A stretch of 64,000 nt of DNA from Trichinella spiralis (Eukaryota): assembly GCF_000181795.1 (NCBI RefSeq), contig NW_003526943.1:3809228-3873227 (forward strand), in the 5' to 3' direction. This document shows positions 1-11,833 of the stretch, one piece after another (positions within the stretch are counted from its first letter, which is position 1; each line of letters opens with the position of its first letter). Below the pieces are notes generated by a model. The model ran no database searches. It was not told where the DNA came from and worked only from the letters and a program-made list of their open reading frames with translations. A program made the translations under genes and the position numbers.

Positions 1-3000
1 ATTAAAATTTAATGGCACCGGCGTAGTGTAGTTCTGAATTGAAAAGTATTTTTTAAAATCATTATCATTATTAAAGATCTCGACTGGAGGACGGAATATT
101 GGTTTCAAAAATACCTTCTGGCGTAGAGATCTAATCAGATTTATCACATGCCCTTCGTAAAGCCACCGAACTGCAGTTACCGGTTGAACGGAATGCTTTG
201 CAAAATGATTGCGATTCATAATCGCTACAATCTCTCTTTCACAGTTCCATCGTAGACGCCACTGCAAACAGATTATAAAACTTAAAACAGAATTTTGGAA
301 TAAAAGTACAAAATAGAAGTATATATACTTAATGAAAAAATGTACTTTTATAATTCAAAATAAGGAATGCTTTAATGTTTAATAAAATGTGTGATTGACT
401 GAGGAACAAAAATTCTGCAATACCATTTCATCGTGAATTTTTTTCCGCAAATCCCATCTTTGCCTTTCCTGACAACCAAAAAATGCACACCATGCCACAT
501 TCAACCCCACGGGCATAGGTCGCTGAAAATATATTTTCCCTATGAAACTGCAATCAAACATAGAATAAGACAAAATAATTACCAATCGCTTTTTGTACAC
601 TTTGCAGCCAGGACGAGGCCATTTCAGTGTCTTGAAATGTGCAATTCCTGGAATTTCCGGGTAGCCAACTGAACGCATCTGCATAATCGATTTAGCCCAT
701 TCTTTTCTTCTCTAAAAATTTTCCATTGAAAAATCATCTCAGGACAAAAGCAAACATACATACGTTTAGAATTTCAAGTGCTAATATTTAAAAAATTACG
801 CTATTGGAAAATAACAGCTACAATATGCGCAAATTCATAAATATGCATGCTTTTCTAACTTACACAACTGTATAACCAATAATAATGCGAATCTCCACTA
901 TGATCATCAATGTCCCAGAGATCACTGGCCGTAAAGGTCTCTTTTGGCTGTCTCGGCACGTATTCAACTTGCAAATGTTTGAACTCTTCAAGATGATAAA
1001 CCTGATCCGACTTGAAAGACAGCAAATAAGACTTTTTCGGTTTTTTCGTCTTAGGATTTCTCTGCTGTCGCCGAGAAGAACCTAAACAAATAATTTCTAA
1101 TGTTCATAAATACTATTTATAAAAAAAACTCTTTCTATCAATGGAATTTTTTCATTTTTAAAAAAAATATTCCTATTGATACAGTTTTCAAAAATTTCAA
1201 TAATAAAATTTACTTTTTTTGTTAAGCATTAGCTTCAACGGTGGCACTTTGTTATCACTTGATGATGCCAACTGTTCATCACTTTGTACAGCTCTGTAAG
1301 CTTTCGAAGATGAGGCTCGACTGACCGGCGTTGGATCGTCATTTAGACCGCTTGCACGAGAAGAAGCTTTACGACTTTGGGCTCCACGTCTGCACCTGGA
1401 ACGAGCGGATGCTTTACGAGCTCGGGTTTTGCCGACGGTTGGATTTTCGACCGCCTCAGCCGGGGTGGGACGACTTTCATTTTCCGTATCCGAATCGTGA
1501 AATTCGTAAACATCACCAGCACCGGATGTGCCAGCGCCCCGGCCTACGCGTCGTCCACGATAACCAGCTGGTGGACGAGCAGCACCCCGGCGGCACATTG
1601 GTCGTTCAGACGCTGAAACTGTTTGCACAGCTCTAGCACAGCTCGGTGGGCGCCCGCGCCTGCCACGACCTCGACCTGCAGCCCTCCCACGCGCTGCTCG
1701 AGTTCTACTGCTAGTTGATTCGTCATTTTGATGAACATGAGATGATTCGTCATCGTTCATGCCCAACAAACATGCATCTTCTTGGTCATTGTGAACGCTA
1801 TTCACCATTCTACCTGCATCTTCTAGTAAAGTGTGAACGGCGGCCATGGATGCTACATCAATTGGCCTTTTTCCACCTGTAGTACACAATGCAGGATCAG
1901 CGTGATGTTTCAACAACAATTCTACAATCTATAAAAAAATGCACTTTTTTAAAAAATAACATGCTAAATTATTCTGAAAAAATTCTCGCTACTTCTAAAT
2001 GATTGTTTTTAGCGGCAACAAACAATGGAGTGGTGCCATCAATCGCAAGTTCATTTGCATCAGCACCTCTGGATAACAAATCCTCTACCATTGGACGGAG
2101 ACCATTCAAACAAGCATAATGTAAACCAGAACTGTGTTTTACATTTTCTAAAAAATAAACATTGCAAAATCTACCTTGCATTTTCAGCAATCTCAAACAC
2201 CTAAAGCATGCTAAAAGTAACAGTCTTATTTCACTGGTATACAGTTCCTGGAAATATATTTCAAAATACAAAATAAAATAATGAAATTGAAGTGAATAAA
2301 ATATTCAATAAAAAATTTTGTTTTTAAATATATAAATCCGTCGTAATAAATTAAAAATAATTTTAAAGTTTGCGTAAAAATAAGCATACAATATCCTTCA
2401 ACTATGAAACAGTTTACAGTTAAGTCATAAATTTCAAAACATTAAACAAAACTTAAACGCCTGATCAATAAAAATCATATTTAAAATGCTCCTATAAAAT
2501 CGACCGTTACTTCTAACATTAATTAATCTAAAAATGACAAACAAAAAAAAAAGAACTTTACATGCCAAAAATACAATTTGACATTTTACAGTAATAAACT
2601 TACAGATGCTGCATTTCTTTATAGGAAAAATGTTAACCTTAAAATGGTTTTTTCAATCGGCAAAAAAATTACAATAAAAAAATGCACAGTTTACATTATT
2701 ACATTATATCTTTTCGGTACCCATTACAAAAGAAATTCGTAAAAAATTAACACTAGGTAATTAATATTCAAATATATTTTCACTACGGATATTAACTGCT
2801 TATGACTGATTATTGTAGTGCAAGTACCGTAATGTGTTTATTATCATAAAAACAATCAAGTGCAATTACCGTATACCAAAACCCAGTGATATACTGACAG
2901 TAGAAAGAAACATCCATTCTGTATAAATGCAGGTTCAATAAAAAAGACATCAAGATCGTTAAAGGACTATTGTTACATCAAAATTTTCCTCTTATCAATT

Positions 3001-4267
3001 TAAAATAGGAAATTATATAACGTTATATAAATATAAATAAATATATATATATATACAATGGCATGTGGTGTACTATCAAAAACTTATATTAAACAGTTCT
3101 ACTAGAAAAGCCATACGTACACTAAATGTAATGCTGCTTCTAAGAGTTTCTTGAAAATTCAGCATTACAAAATTATCAAAATTTAACTACCATTAATCAA
3201 ATTTAAGAATAAAATCTGCCGTACTATGCCATGTGTGCACTTCTAAGTTTGTCTTCTTTAGTAAAAGTAGAAACAGCTGAAATTTATAAAGCTGCAACTA
3301 TATGCCGATAATCCTTTTTTACTTGACTTACTTAACAAATTGTCATAATGAGTGTATATTGACACTGCTGAACTTAATAAAATTAGCATTTAATAAAATA
3401 ATTCATATTCAAAAAAATATGTACAATAAAATTTACCACTTCCATTTAAATCAACACAAAGCACTATTTAAACCATTACGTTCTCAAAATTAAAAATAAT
3501 GTTAAAAGAAAATCATAAAAAATTTTTCGACAATCATATATTCCATAATTACCATTTCTTTATAGCAAGAAATTTTGATTTTTACAAATAAAATGCAATT
3601 AACTTCATAAAGAACTGCAATACAATGATGTAAAAAATTATAATTTCACTACTTAAAATTTTCTCTAATGTTTTCTTTTTTATGACAAATTATGCATTCT
3701 CAATTATTGTAAAATTAAAATATTACCACCTACCAGTGATACCGTCTTGACGAACACAAGCACCGTTTTCTTCAATCTGTTGACAAGAACTAATTATACT
3801 AGGTCGTGTTGTCATACTTAACATAAATTTGAGCATGCCATTTGAAAGCCCTTCTTTATTAGACGAACACTTAGAAATAACTGCCGGATGCAAAGCATCA
3901 TATGAGTATGTGGAATCTAAAAGCAGCAAATATAGTAATGGGCAGAAATAAAATAACCAGAAAACATTAAAATGCATAACAAACTGAATAACGATTTTAC
4001 GAAAGCTATAACATTTTTTAAAAGAAATAGCACATCATATTTAAGAATAAAATTTATTTCCAAAACTACTTTCATTGTGGAAACGTATACATAAAAAATA
4101 CATTATATAAAAATTTCGAAATCTACTTTAATGATTAACGTAAATACAACTTTACAATACATATGACGTGTTTAAATTTTTTTAATTTTACCTTGAGATA
4201 AGTGGATTACATTTGGTGAATCAGATCCCGACGCATATTCATTTTTGTCTTCTAAATCTTGCTCCAT
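1..4267 (-). CDS. ANKRD11/ANKRD12-like ankyrin-repeat nuclear cofactor, multi-exon, 3' end runs off the window
   Basis: Ankyrin exons ~1990-2147 (LHYACLNG..TPLFVAAKNNHLE) and ~1213-1930 (LLLKHHADP..RPIDVA, RGRP motif, DVYEF). Distal exons read RPMPVGLNVAWCAFFGCQERQRWDLRKKIHDEM (~423-528) and WRLRWNCEREIVAIMNR..PVTAVRWLYEGHVIN (~113-262), resembling the ANKRD11/12 C-terminal block (ELFxQQExVRxKLR..SCEQEILR). GT-AG introns; start ATG at 4267 is tentative. Confidence 0.75.
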
Positions 4268-5416
4268 ATTTAAACAATGCTGTATGCTATTCCAATCAAA
4301 GAGCAACAGCAACAATAGGGAAAAACATCCTATATAGTTTTTAACAATGTATTAAAATATTTTATAAATTCTAAGATTAAATTTAATTAAAAAAATTTAA
4401 AGTACATTTTAAAAAGTAAGTAACTGCAGACATAACTGTGTAAAGCAAATTAAATTTTGCTGTGCAAAACATGAATATCACCCCATTAAACAAAATGTTT
4501 ATAAAACTACCATTCTGAAACACAGCGTATACATCACAATGTAAACATTTTGTAGCTACCAATATATATACAAAATTTCATTTAAATAAAAAAATGTGCA
4601 TGACAGAAATATAAATTTCACAAATATGAAAAATTTTATAACGAAAATAAATGCTGTAGAAGTTAGTATCTCATACACAATAAATAAAAAATGCATTTGC
4701 ACAATTGACAGTTTTCAACTTATATTAAATCATTCTTTAATTTTGCAAAATTTAAATCTATTAAAATTATAATTCAATGTTAAAATTGTTTACAAATAAA
4801 ATTAATAAAGCAAATGTCAAAAACAATAAATACATCATACTGTTACTAACCGTTATCAAATACCACAAAGGTATAGCATATAATTACTGCATAGTGCAGC
4901 AATAATAAAATTCAGGAACTAAATGAAGAGTATTTGAAATATATAATAATAATTTTCAGGCAAAAATTATCAACACAAGCCCTTACAGTAATATCATAAT
5001 GCAAGCACAACTTTAGTCTTGTTAACCAACATGAGACACTTTTTTATAATAGTGGAATGTTAATTTCTACTGTATATAATATCATTTTCAATTTGGATAA
5101 GTTTATGAATTCTTTTTTTCAGTTAAAACGACAAATAAATTCAACTTCCAAAACTTTTTCTTTTAAATCATACTTGACTGTCATACCCACAGTACTGTAA
5201 TGCATACAGATATTCAAATCATATATTTTTTATCACCTTTTATGTGTAATGTAATAGGTTATCCACAGTATACATGTGGAATACAAATCTCATTTCCGAG
5301 CATAATTTACAAACATTTTCAAACTATCAATCATTTACTTTACAAACTGCAATTGTTGCAAATTTCAATAAAATTAGTAAAAGTTTAAAATAGATCAGAA
5401 GAAGAAACTGCGGGAT

Positions 5417-5650
5417 CTATCCAAAGCATAGTTTAAAAACAATTAGCAAAGAGTTCACAACAATCAGTGGAACTCGCATTACCGTTTGAATGGAATGAAT
5501 AAAATTAGCTAGTCCTAATAATTTGTCGTTTCCACTTTTGCTTTCAGGAACGAGTCCAATTTTACGTAAAAAGCGATCTCGATTTAAAACAGCCAAAGCG
5601 TTTACAAATAAAATTGTCGATTCTAATAAGCTGTACAAGCCAAATGCCAT
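5417..5650 (-). CDS. IER3IP1: Immediate early response 3-interacting protein 1 / Yos1-like ER-Golgi membrane protein (77 aa, intronless CDS)
   Basis: MAFGLYSLLESTILFVNALAVLNRDRFLRKIG...IHSIQTVMRVPLIVVNSLLIVFKLCFG matches the Yos1 family pattern (NAxAVLxExRFLxKIG; TVMRxPLI). Confidence 0.92.
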   Translation of the reverse strand: MAFGLYSLLESTILFVNALAVLNRDRFLRKIGLVPESKSGNDKLLGLANFIHSIQTVMRVPLIVVNSLLIVFKLCFG

Positions 5651-6306
5651 CTCTATAACATTATTTTGAAATATTAGCAAAAAAGAGGACAAAAACAAAA
5701 TATAAAGCTTAAAAAGTTATGCCTTAAAAATTTTCAAATATTTGGATAAAACGCGATCAAAGGCATCAAATAAATTATAGACAATTTAAGTGATGACAAA
5801 TAAAAAATTAATTATATTAAAAAAATACTTTCATTATAATATTAAACCTTCAAAAATGTACATGTTCAAGGAAAATAGGCTAAAATGATTAAAGATAAAT
5901 GAAACATATTACTAATGTAACAATATTCAAAACCTAATTTCTCAAATTTGTCAAATTCATATACAGATAAATGTAACTAAATTTAAATTTAAAACCAAAA
6001 TCATTCCTGTTCTATCTTAGTTTTAACGTGATACCTTGCCACACCGACAATGATAAGAATATTTCTAAATTTAACTTCGTTAATATTACTGTACATATAA
6101 CACCATAGTAAAGATTCAAAAGTACAATTATTTGAAAACTTCGCCAATTAAATTATAATAAAAACAACTGCAAATACATTTTAAATGTTATATAATTTTG
6201 GTACAATGAAATTAGTTGCTACAGAAATTATAAAATCTTAGTGTTTTTAACTGCTTATTGTAAGGAGCTTTCAATTTGACTTTTCATTTATTTTGCATAG
6301 CTGGAA

Positions 6307-6882
6307 AAGCGAGTAGACAATAGCTAACTGCTAGAAAGGGGTCTAACACGCCATATGCTGGGACAATTCTGATTTTTATTATGCATTGAAATCCTTGTTG
6401 CATTACTTTCGCTATTTTTCAGCCTGGTTTTGTCTGTGCGGCATTTAATTGTTCTCTCTCGCTCTGTTGATAGTAATTAATGCTTGTTACATTCCACGTA
6501 CTCCCATCATTTTTTTAAATATAATATTATGCGATAATAATTAATGTAATAATTAATGCGATAATATTAGTAGATAATTGCATTAAATCAATAAAATTAT
6601 GATTTTTATTAATTTCATTTTTATGAATTGTTTTCAATTTATCTTGTGTTAGACAATAATTATGATCATGCAGTATTGTATTTTAAAACATAAAGAGAGT
6701 GTAATAACAAGCGCTGATTATGTGAAGAGAGAACAATTAAACGCCGTACAGACGAAGACCACACAGAAAAATAAAAAAAGTAATATAACACAGATTTCAA
6801 CGAGTTGTTAGAATTCACTTGTCATATAGCTTATTAGACCACTATGTTGTCTAGGCAGTTAGCATTTGTCTAATCACGCTTA
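6307..6882. repeat. Degenerate inverted repeat (arms ~6307-6460 and ~6726-6882, AT-rich spacer); foldback/MITE-like relic
   Basis: tgtctgtgcggcatttaattgttctctct pairs with agagagaacaattaaacgccgtacagacg; tagacaatagctaactgctag pairs with ctaggcagttagcatttgtcta; colinear over ~155 bp. Confidence 0.75.
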
Positions 6883-9073
6883 AAAAACTTGTTGCCTAAA
6901 AATTTTGCGCAACTTGCTATTATGGACATGTACTTTTTGTATTATAATGTTATATGATTCTTAAATGATATGCTTTAATTTAAATCATACTTATTATGGA
7001 TTCTTTATTGTAAACAAAAATTTATTTTTTGAAATTAATACATGCAATGAAGGATTCTAATTTAATGAATTAATATATTTCGTCTTTTTATAATTTTTCT
7101 TTAATTTATGCTTTAGTTCATGTAAATTGTGAATTGATCCTGTAAATTGACAATTAATAATTCTTTTCTGTTGTCGCGCACGTAACTGAAATTTACATAA
7201 AAGTAAAAAATTATTTTTAAAATCATATTTGTTTTTTTCTAATAAAGTAAAAAATGGAAGAAAAATGGTAATTGTAAATTAACAATGTACATACTTTTTA
7301 CGATTTCATTGGTTCAAATTTTGGTTACATAGCTTCAGGTTACTCAAGAGGTTTTTATTAATATATACGATCTTCGACAATATAGTTAGTAAAGTAAGCA
7401 GTTAATAATTAAGCAGCTTCTATTAAAAACCTCAATGAAAGATTATTTTTTAAGTTTAGCGGAAATGTATTCCTTTAATGAGATTTTGATATCATTGGTA
7501 AGTTTAAAATTTTTATGTTATGAATGTTTTATTATATGCATTCGTGTGTGGAAAATTTAAGAATGTTCTCGATCAATAGACATATTGCGTAATGATTTCT
7601 CATAAAACAAAGAACATTTATCTCGTAGTAATTTTATAGTTATCCAGCATTCGTCTTTTTTAATAAAAAATTAAATTTTCAGATAGTTTTTAATGAAATC
7701 AAGATTGTAATTCTGCTCCACATTTGATTGTCAGACAACTGAAAATGTTTTTGCAAACTGTCTTTGCTTAATATTTTTTGGATATACCTTTATGTTATAG
7801 ACTTCTTTTCTTTACTCTGGAGAAAAATAATAAGCATTTAAAATAATTTTTGCTATTTATTATTGTTTTCATTCAATGTAATTTTTGTTTTTTAAATTTA
7901 ATTTCTGATTTTTAACTTTACGATTAAATTTTTAGAGGTTCAGTGATTCAGGAATTTTCAGTCTTCGATAGAAGAGAAAATATGGCATATAGAATATATT
8001 CTGGTTTTCATTTTCCTTTTATTCTGTACAATCCAACTTCAGTTTTCCCATAGTGAAATATTGTTGTTTTCTATTGTATACTTTACGCTTTTCTGATTAA
8101 ATAGTACTTTTACAAAGCTATTAACTTATTAGCTTGCAGCTAAATGGCCTGTAGAATAACCCCTCAAAAAGTGTACAAAGTGTATAAGTTAAATTTGTTT
8201 CTTATACGTATTCATAGAACAATATTTATTAGTTTCCAAAGTGTTATGTATGAGCGCTGCAGATCGTCTCACGTGAACAAATAAGAAATACGAGAATTGT
8301 AACCAAGGTTAAAAGAACTCTGTCCGCTTTAAATGTTCATTTCAGCTTTTCACCTTTAATAAAGTAATTTATTTATATTTTTTGACGCGCGATGAACTTT
8401 TTCAATTCAAACGTTGTATTTGGTTTGTTGTGTGCTGATTTGCGCCTGATAAAAAATCTATTGGAATGCATTCAGCCGATTGCACTGGGAATTTCTCTTT
8501 ATCCATGGTACTCTTGCACTGCTTGAAATTAATTTTCGGTGTATCATTTTGCTTGTTCAACAAAATACTTTTGTATGACGGTACTAACAGCAAAACTTTA
8601 CAAAAAATACAAGAAGAACAACTTCTACAAAGGTCTTCAGATGTAACATTATCTAAAAACAACAATTTGATTTTCAGCAGAGGAATTTAATTTCGGAAAT
8701 ATATGCATAATATTAAAACTCACTTGAAGAAAAATTCCCAGAAACTGTATATTCTCCTTTGCTCTAGGCTGGTTGCATATCGACATCGTTTATGCACATC
8801 TGTAATGATTCAAAGCATTTCACTCAATGAAGTGCGCTAATTGAATACTTCAAATGCTAAATGAATGTAATGGGATTTCATTGCAGTAATTTTCTCCTAA
8901 CAATATTTTAATTATTTACTTATAAATTTACCAATTCAACACAGTTCGTTTGGAAAATAAAATTTTCCATCAATTACAGTATTTTGAAAAGCAAGTGTTT
9001 TAAAAATTGTTTTATATTTTCATCTTTCAATTATAATTGTTAAGAATATCTTTTGAAAACTTTATTTTGAGAT

Positions 9074-9781
9074 ATGCGGAACTGCGCGTCAGATGTACAA
9101 CCAGCCGGCCCTGGTCAACGAAGAATTCCGTACGGTTGCTTCAGCTATCCACCGCCAGCTGGTCCTGCGTATTACGCTTACGCAGAACGATTTCACATTG
9201 CCGATTCCACGTCACCTTATGCTCAATATTATGGAAATAATATCTTGGCCGCCAAACCGAATGAAATGACTTATTATAATTCTGCAGAACTGGCCGACAT
9301 GTCGGACAGTTCAGTGCAAAATGGCTACTATATCCACGGTAGCAACGCTTATCCGGCAGTGATTGCGGCCGACGAATTCACCGTGCTTGACCAACTGCGG
9401 TCTTTCTCGCTGACCAATCCGAATGCACGTCACGTGAAACGGAAATTGATCATCGGCAGCCAGGTGTGGGAATTGGACTCGTCCGACGAAGAAGAAGATG
9501 TCGACTTCATGCATCGTATTGACGCGCAGCCAAAGAGCCAACGTTTATCCGAAGCTTCGGCTTCGGTGCCGCGAGTCCAAAGTGAATGTTCGGCTGGAAG
9601 TGACCGTTGGACGCCTTGCGGTCGAGCGTTGAACAGAAATGGCAATTGCCGTGGGCGGAACCGAAGAAAATTGCACACGGATAACGTGAACAACGGTCGA
9701 ACGGGGCGTGGCAAAAGTACAATTGTCGACCAGCCGTGCTGCAGCATTTTACCTGATTCTTCGTCACGGCGAACTGTATGA
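9074..9781 (+). CDS. Hypothetical intronless 235-aa low-complexity protein
   Basis: Open 708-bp ORF whose GC content is clearly above the AT-rich flanks; no family recognised. Confidence 0.6.
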   Translation: MRNCASDVQPAGPGQRRIPYGCFSYPPPAGPAYYAYAERFHIADSTSPYAQYYGNNILAAKPNEMTYYNSAELADMSDSSVQNGYYIHGSNAYPAVIAADEFTVLDQLRSFSLTNPNARHVKRKLIIGSQVWELDSSDEEEDVDFMHRIDAQPKSQRLSEASASVPRVQSECSAGSDRWTPCGRALNRNGNCRGRNRRKLHTDNVNNGRTGRGKSTIVDQPCCSILPDSSSRRTV

Positions 9782-11833
9782 AAAGCCAAAAAAAAGGAAT
9801 GAAAGATACTGTATACTGTAAAACCGCCATGTTTGTAAGTTTTTCGCGGTAGTTTTGTTTTTATGCTTTTATTCGAAAAAAAATTCCAAAAAAAACTGAA
9901 AAAATCCCTAAAGCCCAAAAAAAGTTTCTACGTTTCCTCATAATTTATTGTTTTTTGTGTTCATGAGCCGAGAAAATGGCAACAGCAAAAAAATTATAAT
10001 AATCCATTTTCCACTGTCACCTGTATCGTGCACTCGGGAGAGCATCAGATGATTTGTGAAATTTGTTCTTCTTCTGCAAACTGACCAAAAAGCATTTTTT
10101 GAAATCTGCAACACAGGCAGACAGATACACATCAATGATCTATTATTTTTATCTTAAGATCTTATGCGTATGTTGTTTTTCTTTTCTTTTTTTTGTGGAG
10201 AAGAAGTAAAATAACAGGTGACAATACTGTTACTTTTTCTGCTGTTTTTGTCGGATGGCAATGTGTTCAAGATTTGCTAATTTTGAAGAAATTTTTAAAT
10301 TTCTAATCCATCTTGATAATTATCACTATTTGCATAAATATTTCATTCCCACATAAGCTGAATGGAACATTTGCAATGGTCCTCCATTAATGCAAAATAG
10401 CCGACTTTAATTCGATCAAAACGTTGTAAAAACAAAGTATTATGCTTGATGGAATTAATTTCCTTTGTTACGTTATTTTAAAAAATGGAAAAACAAAATT
10501 TTGTTCATTCGATTTTCGCAAGTCAAATAAATGATTGAAACAGTGATATGCTGCTTCCAACGTGAATGCAAACAAAAAGTTGCTTATCGACCGTCCGTGG
10601 TCGGTTCCGGTTTGTTTTCGATAAGCATAGTTTCAGTTCAGTTGGACATTTGATATTTGAGCTCGAATAAATTGCAAAGCCACAGATGCCTTTGCATTTT
10701 GTCACTTGTCAACAGAAACATTCTCCGACAACAATCGTAAACAATTTGTTTACAACAGCTGACCAGATATTTCAAATCAACAAACATTGGTTTTTGAACG
10801 TTGTATTTGTTTTCTGGTAAATGTTTTGTCTTACGAATTTCCCAATTTTTGTTCTTATTTATAAAATTAATGCAAAAATCAATTGTTGTCATTGCGAACA
10901 ATTTAAATTATTCCCCAATAATCGTTAATTTTTTTATTCTTTTTAATCGTAATGTGATGATATTCATGTTTTGAATAAATCTGATATTTTTCAAATAATT
11001 ACGTAATTAACGCTATTTTTACCTAACTTAAAAGTATGTCAATCAATCAATCAATCATAATAAGGATATTCAGTAAATCATCGTCCAGAATTAGCACTTC
11101 TCATTATTTTATATAAAATTTTGCTGCTCTAGCATTCATTCTACATTATAGTACAATTTTTATTTTTAAATAGTAATTATTTTTCTTCAGTATTAACTTT
11201 CATTTAAAAAATTTAGAAAATTTCGAAACGAGCATTGCAATACTATTACGCGAATAAATTTATAATTAAAAAAAAAAGGTTGATGAAAGTTATTTGAAAT
11301 TTATATGTTTGTTTCATTAAATTTAAAACATTATTTTTCATTTACCCAGTTATTGACTGAATTTAACAAAATATCGTTATTCAATTATTGCATTCTTATA
11401 AGTACCTGCTTTCTGTTATATTTACTGTAATATAGTAGAAAATGCTTGATAATCTTTAATGTTGATTTTGACTTGTGACAGTATTTCTAGTGTGTGTTTG
11501 TTGTTTAAACTGAAGGTTGTTTCAACTGTGTTTACTCTTAATTGTTCCTTGTTAGTTTCGTAGGTAATGTATTTATTTACTCCTCTTGTATTTTTGCAAT
11601 TAATTGATCTGACAGTTCTTCTTTATTGGAATTTATAATCTGTTTAACTTGAACAATTATGAATTGAAAGTTTTCTATATATTAAATTTAACGATTAAAA
11701 ATTATTTCGCCAAAGTTAGCATGATAGACAGAGCGATTCGTCAGTGCTGTAATTTCGTTCAGTAAATCAATTGAATGAATTTTTATTTCAGTTCAACATT
11801 TATTTTTAGGTGCTTCAATTTTTTAGTTTTAGC

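Noticed and set aside
8402..8690. Overlapping 87-aa (-) and 74-aa (+) ORFs
   Set aside because: No motif and no splice-supported continuation; compatible with chance ORFs.
9311..9918. Three minus-strand ORFs of 76-162 aa
   Set aside because: Shadows of the GC-rich plus-strand ORF 9074-9781.
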